Assembly (NCBI RefSeq): GCF_006345805.1
Contig: NC_043001.1
Coordinates: 7,192,001 to 7,256,000 of the forward strand
DNA: 64,000 nt
Direction of reading: 5' to 3'
From: Octopus sinensis
Taxonomy: Eukaryota
Under the pieces are notes generated by a model. It saw nothing but the letters and a program-made list of their open reading frames with translations. It did no database searches and was not told the origin of the DNA. The first letter of the stretch is position 1; each line of letters starts with the position of its first letter. Shown in pieces: positions 1 through 13,049 of the stretch. The position numbers and the translations under genes were made by a program.

Positions 1-563
1 TTAAAGAAAATGCCAAGATCTCAATTATACATGTGTAGCGATGCTGAATAATCGTAATTTCTGATAAGACATTTTCAAATATAATCCATGCAGACTCCGT
101 AATATAGAAGACTGTTATTTTGAACACATATTTTTGAAAGAACGCCAGCAGGATTCACATGCATTATTACAGTTATATGAATTTCATTTCTGAAGTAAAG
201 AATAATAATAATTAATTTCTTAATTATCTATGTTCAGTATATATCATCAGAAAGCTTCCTTTCAGAGACGAGAACTGTCAACGATCAACGGAAGTAAACC
301 TCGGTAGAATTATCTTATGCCGTATGTGAGTGTGTGTGTGTGCGTGTGCGTGTTCATGCGTGCGTGTGTGTGTATGAGTGTGTGCGTTTGTGTATCTGTG
401 TATGAGGTTGTGATTTGAAACATACGATTGTAGAATAATTTGGGAGAAGACGTGTCATAAAAAATTTTATTTAGTAAGAAAACCCACTAATGTATTTTCA
501 AACATATTGAAACGAGCTCATTACTAATTATTTCATTCTAATTTTTTTAATATAGAATAGAAA

Positions 564-1003
564 TGGGATCTCTTCGGTTTGACCGGCAGTTTTTAAAATA
601 ATTCCCACGTAATTAAACACTTTTAAACTTCGTATACTGGTAGAATGTGTATATAAAACATCTTTTTCTCTAGGCTTTATTGAGAAAATTCTATAGTTTG
701 TAAGATATTTGTTGTTTTTCCCTTCAATTTCTGCAATTTCAACCAATCAATGACGTATATTGAGGTGAAAACATTCTGTGCCGTATGAATATGTCCCCCG
801 TTTAATAAACAGATTGTGTTCATTTACATTTCTGAAGAAAAAAGATACCCTTCCCCCAACCCCTAACCCTAAACCTAACTAACCCTAACTAACACTAACC
901 CTAAAACAGATTGAAATGCAATAGATCGATACTAGGGTCATAATTATGGGTGACAATTTCATATGACACCGCTAGGAAAAACTGCCGTTCAAACCGAAAA
1001 TGT
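564..1003. mobile_element. Non-autonomous DNA element (MITE-like) with subterminal inverted repeats and an internal telomere-like tract
   Basis: TTCGGTTTGACCGGCAGTTTTT (573-594) is the reverse complement of AAAAACTGCCGTTCAAACCGAA (977-998) with 1 mismatch; degenerate CCCTAA/CTAAC repeats at 861-906; no ORF. Confidence 0.6.
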
Positions 1004-2178
1004 GTCTGTCATCTTCTATGGGTTAACGTATATTCGTACGAAATCTGTGTCGGTAATTGTGCTTTTGTATTCGTTTGCAGGTAAATTTCTTTCTGCTGGA
1101 AACAATATTTTTTGTAGGATTGACTATAAGAATTTTAAGCCGCAGATTATGTTCAACTCTTTTGCGAAAGGTAAATAGCTTATCATCATTATATATGCTA
1201 AACTCATTTGGCAGAACAGGTAATGACTAGTACTTGTGTTCGCAACAGTAGAACACATAACTTGAAAATTCTCTTTAAATTTTATGGAATGAATTCGTCA
1301 TTAGAGAAATGTGCGTGATATCGTAATTAAAGATTTTAATCTCGGTGACAGATAGAGAAGTCATACAGCTGATCGTTGATTATTATGTTTCTGTTTTTTT
1401 TTTTACTTTTTCTTTTCGAAACCAGGGAGCAAATAATTATATCCGATTGGGGTCACGAATTATAATTTAATAGATGAATTATGCTCACGAACGGAATACC
1501 AAATAAGCTGTCCATGGCACCATCAATCACGCAGTACGGCAAAGATCTATTTAGCAATATGGACATTATTTTAGGTTTAAATGGAATTCACAAAATAGTT
1601 TGATTGACGTAGTCAGACTAACTAAATCTATCGATAAACTGTGGTTTATTCGAACTGGAATATTCAGAACTACGCAAATGAAGAATCCCAATTTTTGATA
1701 TTCTTCATACGAAAGTGAATTATTGAAATTCTAATGTAGAATATATATCGACAGTTGTTTCAGAGAAATTATAATTGCTCACCATTTCATTTCAAGGATC
1801 AATGTATCTTCATAAATTCACATCTTTTTTAATACCTGAAGAACAGTTTATCAAGTGTCTCCAAAGTATTTTGCTCCTCATTGCGTCCACTGAACAAGAC
1901 ATGGATATATACAAATACATTTTAAAATTGTTAATGCAATATTAAAGGAAACATACTACAAAATTATATGAAATTCTCCTGCCGAAAAAATGTTCACTTA
2001 AGACATTAGTTAAAGATAATAAGCTCTAAAGTTTGCTTATGCCACTCAATACTGAAGAGTAATAATCGATAGACTGTAGAATCTTTTGAAGTTCTCGCTT
2101 AAGTATCGAGTTTTAATCGTCATACACCATGGTCTATCACAATAGGTTTTTTATTGAAGAAGGTTAGATTTTTAAAGA

Positions 2179-2630
2179 TCTTTTACTTGTTTCAGTCATT
2201 ACGCTATAGTAATGATGGAACACGGCCTTGAAGAGATTTTAGCAGAATGAATTGCACCCAGGAATTATATTTTTAAAATCTGATATTTATTCTATATATC
2301 ACTTAAACTGAACCACTAGTTAACGTGGACATAAATACACTAAAAACAATTGTCAAGCGGTGGTTGGAGGAGAACAAACACCAAATCATACAGATGCTAA
2401 CATACATATTTAGCAAAAGCAATAAAGTAGCGCCAGTCGTGAGAGTTTCGTGCTTTGGCATTTCGTAGATATGTATAAATTTGTGTGTGTATGTGTGTGT
2501 GTGTACCTGTGTGTGTGCGATGAGCTTTTAATTTCCGTCTTTGGTCGGTTCGAGGGCATAGTAAAAAATCCAGACCAAGGCGTCATGCGGCGGGACTGGA
2601 TACCGAAACACGTGGTTGGGAAGCAAAATT
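2179..2630 (-). mobile_element. Old diverged copy of SINE family A
   Basis: TCTTTTACTTGTTTCAGTCATT tail at about 2179, central TG microsatellite and degenerate head half (TTTCCGTC...TTGGTCGG...GGGACTGG) colinear with young family A copies. Confidence 0.6.
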
Positions 2631-2704
2631 CCTTCCACTCAGACATCCGTGCACTGATTTGTGAATATTTTAATCGGAAAATCAATTCAAATCTTTCATT
2701 CAGT

Positions 2705-2890
2705 AAGAGCATGCATGCGTGTGTGGTTAAGAAGCTATCTTTGAAAGCGCGGTGCAACGGGCAAATGACTCCTATTATAGACTCGAACCCACAAAAGAAG
2801 CCATACTAGTGAATTTGGTAGACGGAAGCAGTATAGAAGCCATTTGTGTGTGTTAGCGTGCATATATATATATGTCTGTGTGTGTGTGTG
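2705..2890 (+). mobile_element. Old 5' fragment of SINE family A, head-to-head with the preceding copy
   Basis: GTGTGGTTAAGAAGC head remnant and GTGAATTTGGTAGACGGAAGC motif shared with family A. Confidence 0.5.
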
Positions 2891-3577
2891 TATACACATA
2901 TATATTATGCAAGTATAGTGGTGAATCATATTCTAAAATACATATGTGTACGAATTAACCCTTCCAAAAATCCATCTATCCTCATTTATGCTGGGTGTTT
3001 GGTGCACAAAATCTCATATGTACGAGTGGCGAAATACATAATAAGGCACATGGTAAAAATTGTTTTCGCTCCGATATTTCAAATTGAGCATTGCAGGTGA
3101 TCATGCGAGCGTGCCATTGTAGTTCAGAATCTTTGACAATTTACCATGTCATTCCAGACCAATTCGTAATGAGCCTAACACGGTTTAAATTAACAAAATC
3201 ATGCTATAAGGATTAGTAATGAATGAATAATAGCAGAGAATAGATACCGAAATATACTGTATATTTACAGTACATATGCTACCCTATATCGGTAGCACCT
3301 GCAAACCAAATTGCTGGTTCGAAATAATTATTGCCTTTTTGATATACCTTTATATTCAGTTAGATTATACATATTGTTAATTTCATAAACAAGGTGATAG
3401 GTATGTTTATTCCAATTGCTTTTAGTGTTTACAAGATTTTCATTATCTTTCTGTCACTGGAATCTAAATTATTACTTTTCGTGTATAATGTTTCTGTGGT
3501 GAATCGCCGTTTGTTGATATCAATGTAATGCATGTATATAAGTATATATACTTATATACTTTCAATATGTGACCTCG

Positions 3578-3733
3578 TGAGTACCGCCAGCGATTTTTTA
3601 CCCCTGTCTTCCCTTCTCGGGATCTTTCCTTCTCCTATGTTTCCGACGAAGAGTTCCTGAGCGTCCAATAATACTTTATTTGTTCCACGTCCTCGCGTTG
3701 CTGTGTTTTTTTTTTGTGTTTTCTTGTTTTGAT

Positions 3734-3737
<4 letters not shown>
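3578..3737 (+). mobile_element. Penelope-like terminal (pseudo-LTR) fragment ending at a (TA)n tract
   Basis: CCTGAGCGTCCAATAATACTTTATTTGTTCCACGTCCT is shared in reverse orientation with 56188-56296; truncated hammerhead-like start CCGACGAAGAG; abuts (TA)n at 3738. Confidence 0.5.
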
Positions 3738-3796
<59 letters not shown>

Positions 3797-3859
3797 GTGT
3801 GTGTGTATGTGTGTGTATGTGTGTGTATTATACATATACATATATATATACATATGTGC

Positions 3860-4135
3860 AGGCGCAATGGCTCAGTGGTTAGGGCAGCAGACACGCGGTC
3901 GTAGGATCGCGATTTCGATACCCAAACCGCGTGTTGTGAGTGTTTATTCAGCGAAAACACCTAAAGCTCCACGAGGCTCCAGTAGGGGGTGGTGGTGATC
4001 CCTGCTGTACTCTTTCGCCGCAACTTTCACTCTTTCTTATGTTGGCCTGCTCGCTTAGCCAGCGGGTAGGCGTCATTTGAAGGCTAAAACAATGTAAAGC
4101 GCATTTTGACCAGCGATGTGTAGCAACATCTGATA
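3860..4135 (+). mobile_element. tRNA-derived SINE family C
   Basis: tRNA-like head GGCGCAATGGCTCAGTGGTTAGGGCAGC with A-box and B-box-like TTCGATACC; colinear with copies at 35990-36296 and 58374-58667. Confidence 0.85.
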
Positions 4136-5385
4136 TATATATATATATATATATGTATGTATATATACATATATGTATGTATACGCGCATAGACACATAC
4201 ACAAATATTTATATACCTACACATGCGCACTGCCAGATATTATGGACATATGTTCTAAAACGCACGCACGAAAGAAAAAACAGAGCTACACATATACACG
4301 AAAATATTTCCTTGTGAAATTAATGAAATATGTACAGTACGAAGAGGAAAAAATTATTGTACATCCTTTGAATTGAATATTAAACTATTTTTAATATAAC
4401 TATAGAATGCCACAAATAAATGTTAATGAAAATATATTTTTACGTATCTTAATTAAATTTGACTTCCATAATGGTATTTCAACACACAAACTCCCATGCC
4501 ATGCGCCTTCACATTTTATGCAGTAACTGTCGTATAATATGCACTCCAGTGTATATATTTTTATGTTTCATCCAATGAAATAGTTAGACTCAGACACACT
4601 CACAAACACATGTACACACATAAACAAACACACACAAACACATGCATATACACACGCGTGCACACCTCATGCATACACACATTAATTTATACTTACATAG
4701 CACACACTCCAAACACGTCCACATAAAAGAGAAGGAAACCGCACACAGACATCCACACACGCACACCTTTCACACGCACCACACACACACATACACTACA
4801 TACACACTTACACACACCACATACACACTCTAAGACAAATTCACAAAAAAAAAACTTTTCCCATAACCAATTTTTTTCTGTCTTTACATCAATAAGATTT
4901 ACTCAGAGTTACAAAGGCGCTCAGTTCACTTCACAAATTATCCAGATATATCAACCGAAGTTTATGGTTTTTTTTTATTCCATCATAGCAAAGCCAAGCT
5001 GTAGGTGCTTACGTTCTCAAGAACACATTCAATAGTTCTTTACCTGCAGATTCTATTCAGTGTTTGAAATAATATATTACTAACCATAAATATTGCTCAC
5101 ACGTGATAACGGCTGTAATATATCTTTCCCTTTCTGCATTTCTATTGCAATATTATCAGCGAGGCAGATCTACTTCCTCATAAATGGATAATCAGTGCGG
5201 ATATTCTTGTTTGTACGTTGGTGTTCTATTGGCATATTTTTAAGAATTAAATTTCCGAAGATACATGTGTGTGTGATACTATCCATATCTTCATGAATAA
5301 AATTTAGAATATGCGAATATCGCTATTCCTGCTTATCGCCTCTACTGCTTATATGTCTCCATGATATTTTTATACTCTGGTTTTA

Positions 5386-5757
5386 TACTCTTTACTTGTT
5401 TCAGTCGTTTCACTGTGGCCATGCTGGAACACCGCCTTTAGTCGAGCAAATCGACTCCAAGACTTATTTGTTGTAAGCCTAGTACTTATTCTATCGGTCG
5501 CTTTTGCCGAACCGCTAAGTTACGGGGACGTAAACACACCAGCATCGGTTGTCAAGCAATGTTGGGGGGGGGGGCAAACACAGGTACACAAACATATACG
5601 CACACACATACATATACATATATACGACGGGCTTCTTTCAGTTTCCGTCTACCAAATCCACTCACAATGCTTGCCCAAGGTGACACACAGTGGGACTGAA
5701 CCCGGGACTATGTGGTTCGCAAACAGGCTACTTACCACACAGCCACTCCTACGCCTA
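5386..5757 (-). mobile_element. tRNA-derived SINE family A with an internal deletion of about 30 bp
   Basis: Reverse complement starts TAGGCGTAGGAGTGGCTGTGTGGTAAG; colinear with the other young family A copies. Confidence 0.9.
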
Positions 5758-6089
5758 CTATATTTCGTAAATCTTGGTAGTTTTATCACAGTCTAGAATC
5801 AATTGAAATACCTCTTGAATTATTACATGAATGCTTAAAGTGATGTCTGTACTTCTAATATTTTACAGTTCAAGATATGTGTATGAGGCATGAAGTACTA
5901 ATAACGTTAAGATAATTCTGACTACAAACAAGAGACGTGAATGTTAGCATGGCAATTGAAGATGGTGTGGTTGTAGTCAGAAACTGTTTGCCACAACCTA
6001 CATACATATTTGTAGTGTGAATTACGTGTGTGTGTGTGTGTGTGTTGGTATATGTTTGTGTGTGTTTTATTATATGTTTGTGTGAGTAT

Positions 6090-6400
6090 ACTATGTGTGA
6101 ATGCGTGCGTTCGCGCTTCAATGACTCTCAGAAGTACAACGGCGGAGTTGAAGCACTTCTCAAGTCAGATGAGAGAGGTCAAGCTATTTATAGCCCATCT
6201 TTTTTCAGAGATAAACAACATAGATCTAACGCCCTTACCTACAAAATATTAGGAAAATATAAATATTCAAGTGTAACAAGGGGGACTAAGAGAAAGGGTT
6301 TTCCTAGAGAAACACTGGATACGGTGTATGAAAATCTGACAGCCTTGAGGTGCAAGGTGAGATAGAGAAGCCTTGATTTAAGAAGCCTGTGACCCGAATT
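6090..6400 (+). mobile_element. Possible ancient LINE ORF2 C-terminal remnant
   Basis: Peptide VTRGTKRKGFPRETLDTVYENLTAL resembles the G-x-R-x-x-G-R-P-x-x-x-W-x-D-x-V-x-x-D-L motif at the end of RTE/CR1-type ORF2; judged by eye only. Confidence 0.35.
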
Positions 6401-7868
6401 ACGACCTGACCTGAAACCTACAAGAAAAGAAGCTTAGAGAATTCACTCAAAATTGCTGAACGTGGATGGATGCTATGATAGGACTGACAAACGGGATCTA
6501 CCGAGAGACACACGGAAAAGTCATTCCAGAGTCAAGAAGAATGGAGAAACGTCACTAATGTCTTATATTTTGCAGGGATGGAAGGGACAAAGCTCCAAAT
6601 CGGATTGTAGCAGATTTCTATTCCTTAACTAATGCACAATCTACTTGAAGTATGTGTTTTGAAATTAATACTACTTTTGTTTACTGTCCATTGCCTTTTG
6701 CACACGCTTCAATCTTCATGGGAAAAACTACTTGATTTATACTATTAATATTTTATTCCAGATCATTTTACAAACTTTGTAACATATATCTGAAGCTTTT
6801 GCATCAACATAAGATACCTTGAGTGTTAAACAATGCATTTCGCTTGCATCAATTTAAATTATATACTTATGAAAACATTCCTTTGTAAAATGTTTACCTT
6901 TCCTAAGATGAAAATGCTATTTTTTAAAGGAAAATACATTAAGATAATCCATAAAATGTATTTCTTGAAACAAAACGACATAAAAATGGCATTTGGTTAT
7001 TTTTGTTTTCGTCTACCATTTTACAGAATATATCAACAGTTATTATCAACCGAAAAGTGTGTATTCCGTTCAAAATATATATCACATGTTTCATGGAAAC
7101 CATATTGTTTAAATTGATAATTGACAAACCATGTTATTAACATTACTGATAAATGTTAAATATATTTAAACGGCAGACTGAGCTAGCGTTGTATATTAAA
7201 CGAACTTCAAAACGGGTTTAATGTCACTTAATGTAATTTTGTAAACAAGCAGGATAGAGGAATCGAACGACAATATTTAAAGCGATAACCTAGATCCGCT
7301 TAATGTTATTTACCCTGTTACGCATATATTATGAAATGTTGATTACATTAACCTCACATGATGAGTTGCGTTTCACTCAACAACTTCGGGTATAAGATAT
7401 TCAGCTTAAAACAGAATACGATTTCTTATGCGATGCCGAGTATTCGAGGGAGGATAATTAGCATATTTCAGATATATAAGCTACAATTACATTCTCTTTC
7501 AAAGTGTCCGATCGTTACATTAGTTCGATATGCAAAAATTCATTTAATGTAGTCAAACGGAGAAGAAAGAAACAAATACTAATCTATGCTAGATATATAT
7601 CAAATCGATTTCGTATGAATAAAATATCCACTTGAAAAATGATAAAAGGGGCTAACTGCAGAATGCAGAATATAAAAATATGTTGAGCGAACTTAAAATA
7701 GTGCATCATTTGAATATTTCCGCTCTGAAATATCAAACCGCGACAGTTGGCGTTCAAGTGAGATGAAGAATGTTAATTAAAGGTTATAAATTGCTAAGAT
7801 ATATTTTATTTTATACCAGCATTATCTACATGTAGACACTTACATACATTCACATGCACACACCTCTC

Positions 7869-7908
<40 letters not shown>

Positions 7909-10279
7909 GTAATATAACATGTGACAATTACTCGATTGCCATAATGAGAAACCGAGATTCGGATGTCGGGGAGGAACACTACTTCGGCTTCTTTTCAGTT
8001 ATCGAGGCAATGAAAACATGCTATGAAAATGACCGTTAAAGAAAGGGAAATTATTATGTAATTGACCGTTATTAAGACAAGAGCTATTAGAATGAGCGTA
8101 AAATAGGGGGGAAAAACCGAAGGGGAGAAAATAAACAAGTAAGGAAAGGAACATGCGCATAGAAATCGCGTAAGCGCGCATGTATCTGCATACACATGCA
8201 CGCACACCCACCCACATACATGTGCCTATTAGCATAAGATCATTCATACTCGCATGAAACACGCACGCACACACACACACACATACACACACATATATAC
8301 ATACATATCAAAACATTTTATCAGTGGCCTGCATATTAAAAAATACCATTCACTTCCGGACTGTCCCTTACTCTATGAGAATTTTCAGTCTGACGTGTCT
8401 TGAGGTGTACTGCAAAATTTCTATTTGGATATATTTAGATATAGTTTCTGTCAGCTTGCTTCGAGACGGGCCCATGAGCCTGGCTAGGCTTGAAAAGGAT
8501 GCATATGTAAATTTAATGCCTACACATTTTTCACACTTTCATACATTCTTAACATTTCCTGATCCTACCCCAATCACACAAACGATGCTAGTATTTGCAA
8601 AACATTCGCCAATTTTTCTGTCATGAAACTGCATTGATATTTAGAAGCAAATTTCTTCATTTTTTTATGAATTAAGGTTATTCATTATTACAAAAGTTAA
8701 AAAAATGATGGTTCCCAAATCATCACATCCTCTTTGAATTACCGTTTCTCAGTAATTCACGCATGAAGTAGGGGCAGAAGACACGGATGAACTGGAACAA
8801 TAAACAATCCAAGTTCTTATAGCTACCACGATAAAAACTGTATTTCTGTATGCAGTTGAGCCCAAAGCTGAAAGTGAGTTTTACTTTCAACGGAAGTGTT
8901 TGACCCCCCGCCCATAAAAAAAAACATTCAACTTCAACAAAGAACTGTCAAAACGGCTGCAAGTAGGCAACTAGGAGTGGATTGTAAACGCTAGGATGGC
9001 CTTGATTAAAATACTAAGGAACAGGTTGCACCATAGACACAAAGCAAGACACCAGTACAGCATAACCACGCCTAATTATCGAGGCTAGATATCGGATTTA
9101 GAAAGATATACAGGGTATAATTTATCCTGGGTGACATCTGCTTCTGTGAAAATGTATTTCTGTTACGTAGAAAATCAGAAGGTTTCTGTATTATTATATT
9201 TCAACTGAATGTTTATAATTTGTTGAAGCTGGTGTGGATTTTGAAAGGTAGCGTCTTACTGCTATAACTCAGTAATCCAGAAATGCTTGGCGGAGAGCCA
9301 TCATTTAACCCTTTCCAAATTACTTATAGAACAAGATTCATGGGAGTTTTTATTCACATTCGATGCCCATTGTAAAATTTACAAGAGTGATCAGTTCATT
9401 CCCATTTTAATGAAAAGTTCCGGTTTCTGCTGCTTTATGTTGTTGGGGACTAAAAGGCATAGCATTATAAGAGGATGCAATCTCCGCAGGATCAATATTT
9501 GGGCTGGCTTTTAATATTAAAAATATTGGCCTTGAAAAGAGTAGCTATATCAGCAGTTATATGTATTCAATATTTGATGTTTGTATCGACATTACAATTT
9601 CCTACTGCTATTAATTGATATGAGTTACTATATGAAATAAATGCCTCTCCGTTCAGCATATTTTAATGAAATGGGATTGAAGCCATCACGATAGGAGGGC
9701 AACATGGCAAAAGTGACATTATATTAAATTGCAAAGGCAGCAGGAGATCTTGTTCCATCGTACACTTCACGTCAAATGTGAAAGAAAACTGTTCGAAATT
9801 GTGGAATACAGCATTGAACAATATTTTCCGGTCGGAATCATTCCGTCATTTATGCCCACCATTTCCTGGTTTTCAAAATTCCATTAAAGGAAATGGCTCA
9901 CTCCTCTCATAGATTTTGTGTGTAGATATTGTTGGGTAAAAACAATTTAAGGCAATACAATGCTTTTAAAAGTCGTCTAGAAGAGGTGAATAGAAAATCT
10001 TATATGCATTCACGAAATGAAAACGGTAAAGATGATTCTATTGAAGTGATCGCCAAGTTGCACATCAGAAATTCAAAAGTTACTATTAAGAAGCCTTAGA
10101 TACACGTTTGAGGGAAAAGAGTGAATAACTTTATTCAGTATTTTAAACGCCCTGTCATTATCAGCGTTTCTTTTTGTACAATTTAATGTGGAATAAAGAA
10201 GTTGAAAAATTACACTATCAGATGAAATCCATTTCATACTTTTTGACTCATGTATATCAAATTTAAATTATAATTATGG

Positions 10280-10375
10280 CGGTGGTAATGATAATGATGA
10301 TAGCGATGAAGATGACACCGGTGAGGACAACGACGACGATGATGATGACGATGAGGACGTTGATAATGATGCCAG
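10280..10375. repeat. Degenerate (GAY)n trinucleotide repeat
   Basis: GAT/GAC-rich run, e.g. GACGACGATGATGATGACGATGAGGAC. Confidence 0.7.
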
Positions 10376-10649
10376 GAATATGAGTTTGATTGCCACCAAT
10401 TATATTAATAGCTCCAGTGACATACACACGTACATACACACACATGCACCTACACACACAAACACCATAATTGAAACGCGGGAGGGCAACATGCATAAAA
10501 ATGTTAATTACTGAACAGATATAATTAATTACACTTAATATCAGCAGATATTCGAGTCATTAAGATATACCTTACTGTGAGAAAAGAAATACCCCATCGT
10601 AAAACGAAAAAGACATGAATGATATAAAAAGCGAAGCTATTCAAACGCA

Positions 10650-11060
10650 TACTCTCTGTTACTCTTTTACTCTTTTACTTGTTTCAGTCATTTGAATGCG
10701 GCCATGCTGGAGCACCGCCTTTAGTTGAGCAACTCGACCCCGGGACTTATACTTTGTAAGCCCAGTACTTATTCTATCGGTCTCTTTTGCCGAACCGCTA
10801 AGTGACGGGGACATAAACACACCAGGATCGGTTGTCAAGCAATGCTAGACACGCAAACACACACGCACACACACATATATATATATACATATATACGACG
10901 GGCTTCTTTCAGTTTCCGTCTACCAAATCCACTCACAAGGCTTTGGTCGGCCCGAGGCTATAGTAGAAGACACTTGCCCAAGGTGCCGCGCAGTGGGACT
11001 GAACCCGGAACCATGTGGTTGTTAAGCAAGCTACTTACCACACAGCCACTCCTGCGCCTA
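10650..11060 (-). mobile_element. Full-length SINE family A
   Basis: Head TAGGCGCAGGAGTGGCTGTGTGG (reverse complement ends at 11060), B-box-like GGTTCAGTCCC, central CA/TA microsatellite, (AGAGTAAA)n-type tail. Confidence 0.95.
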
Positions 11061-11434
11061 TTGAGATTCCTTCAAGTTTTCTTTGGTTCACAGAATATAT
11101 CATATCCCTCGATATTCGATGAGGATTAATTTCTACAGTTCTCGAATTGAAATATCCACTCTCCAAAATAATCTTGCACGTAATTCAATAGAGTCAAGAA
11201 ATGAATATGAGAGAGAAAGAGAGAGAGAGAGAGAGAGCAAAGTGTACGTACAGAGACAGAGACAGACAGAAACAATGAAAATGTCCCTTGTATTTGAATA
11301 CTATACAAATATTCTTTTAATTCTTCCAAACTTTAATTGTTTTCCATACTTAGTTTTAAAAATCTCAACGTCTGAAACCGGTACCGAAGTATTTTTCATA
11401 AAATTATTTTAGCATTTTCTACCTTGACTTATTT

Positions 11435-11436
<2 letters not shown>

Positions 11437-11495
<59 letters not shown>

Positions 11496-11505
11496 GTGTG
11501 TGTGT

Positions 11506-11547
<42 letters not shown>

Positions 11548-11596
11548 TGTGTGTGTGTGTTGTGTGTGTGTGTTTCTGTGCGTTTGTATGTGTATT

Positions 11597-11631
<35 letters not shown>

Positions 11632-11640
11632 ATGTATATG
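11437..11640. repeat. Compound (TA)n-(TG)n microsatellite
   Basis: Read directly from the sequence. Confidence 0.95.
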
Positions 11641-11646
11641 TTTTTG

Positions 11647-11935
11647 TATTTAGGAATGGTCATTTTGCCAGTTTATCTAATGAAAACTCACGCACTATAT
11701 ATTTGGTGCTAATTTGCTTCAGCTTTATTTAATCTTAATCTTTTTGCGGTCAGAGTTCTTTCGTCACACTTCCGTGACTTCATCAGTGGTTCTTTCCTTT
11801 CTTCTTTCTTAATATATTAACACCAAATATATAGTGCGTGTGTTTTTATTGGCTAAACTGGCAAAATGACCATTCCTAAATAGAGCAACATCTGTTTCAA
11901 CACACGATTTCACATCAAGAATCTTGCAAAACGAA
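11647..11935. mobile_element. Penelope-like terminal insertion with about 66-bp inverted arms around a hammerhead motif
   Basis: Arm 11647-11712 is the reverse complement of arm 11816-11882; flanked by TG and TA microsatellites. Confidence 0.7.
11751..11790 (-). ncRNA. Minimal type I hammerhead ribozyme motif (weak stems I and III)
   Basis: Minus strand: ACCA CUGAUGA A GUCAC ggaagu GUGAC GAAA GAAC UC UG; canonical core, perfect 5-bp stem II, CUC triplet. Confidence 0.6.
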
Positions 11936-11958
11936 TATATAAACGTGTATATATATAT

Positions 11959-12021
<63 letters not shown>

Positions 12022-12131
12022 TATATACCGGAGTAAACACATAAATGTGAAACAAGGTGGAGAAAAGAGTACTCAGATACCCGTGGTAGAGTAATATGCT
12101 TTATTTAAAGCAGCAGAAAATTCAACAAAAT

Positions 12132-12169
12132 CTGTTACTCTGAGTTTCTCGTTGCCGTTCATCGGACAG
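12132..12169 (-). ncRNA. Minimal type I hammerhead motif (U4C variant), left arm of the palindrome
   Basis: Reverse complement identical to 12440-12477. Confidence 0.65.
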
Positions 12170-12439
12170 TTTTTGCTAGAATGGAACCGATATATCAATT
12201 CAATCTAGACTCTTACAAACGCTACACCTTTTAAAGTAATGGACTTGTTTGATTGGCCCTTTAGAAATAACGGTTAATCTTCGAGCGATAAACAAAAAGC
12301 TTTTTTTGAGCTTTTTGTTTATCGCTCGAAGATTGACCGTTATTTCTAAAGGGCCAATCAAACATCCATTTTTTTTTAAAGGTGTAGCGTTTGTAAGAGT
12401 CTAGATTGAATTGATATAACGGTTCCATTCTAGCAAAAA

Positions 12440-12477
12440 CTGTCCGATGAACGGCAACGAGAAACTCAGAGTAACAG
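12440..12477 (+). ncRNA. Minimal type I hammerhead motif (U4C variant), right arm of the palindrome
   Basis: CUGU CCGAUGA A-CG-GCAA-CG-A GAAA CUC-A-GAG UA ACAG: 4-bp stem I, tetraloop stem II, near-palindromic stem III, GUA triplet (A at 12473). Confidence 0.65.
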
Positions 12478-12510
12478 ATATTGTTGAATTTTCTGCTGCT
12501 TTAAATAAAG

Positions 12511-12561
<51 letters not shown>

Positions 12562-12682
12562 ATATAATATATATTTAAAAAAAGGAGATGTCGAACACGA
12601 GTGGTGATATATAAAAAAGGAAATGAAGAAAATGCTGACAAATAATTGAAGTAATTTAAGTAATTTAATTAGGTGAAAGTTC

Positions 12683-12723
12683 TTTTTACCGGTTGCGCAT
12701 TTGTTATGCTTATCAAAATTAAA
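12683..12723 (-). ncRNA. Degenerate hammerhead motif (probably inactive)
   Basis: Minus strand: UUGAUAA GCAU-aacaa-AUGC GCAA CCGG UA; 3 substitutions from the core, intact stem II and palindromic stem III. Confidence 0.4.
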
Positions 12724-12764
12724 AGAGAGATTAGAATTCCTTTCTTATAGAATTTTTCCTCTTA

Positions 12765-12842
<78 letters not shown>

Positions 12843-13049
12843 GAGTAAGAGCACGATGAAGTTTATTAAGAATAATAAATTTCAAATATCAAGGCAAATT
12901 GTTTCAAAAGTTGAAGCATGTATACCTAATTTATTTTAGCATATTTCATAATAGATAAGTGGCTTTCATATCTGGAATGACACAATAATACAAAAAATGG
13001 TTTAAAGCAATGGCGAAATTGAACTACGTATATATATATATATATTATA

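Larger units (their letters stand above)
12028..12510. mobile_element. About 400-bp palindromic Penelope-like insertion in (TA)n
   Basis: Arms 12099-12301 and 12309-12510 are near-perfect reverse complements with a 7-nt loop; (TA)n on both sides. Confidence 0.85.

Noticed and set aside
861-906. True telomere
   Set aside because: Short, degenerate, internal and enclosed by inverted repeats
10270-10430. Acidic poly-Asp coding exon
   Set aside because: The frame is open but best explained by a degenerate (GAT)n repeat that runs into a CA microsatellite; no clear splice context
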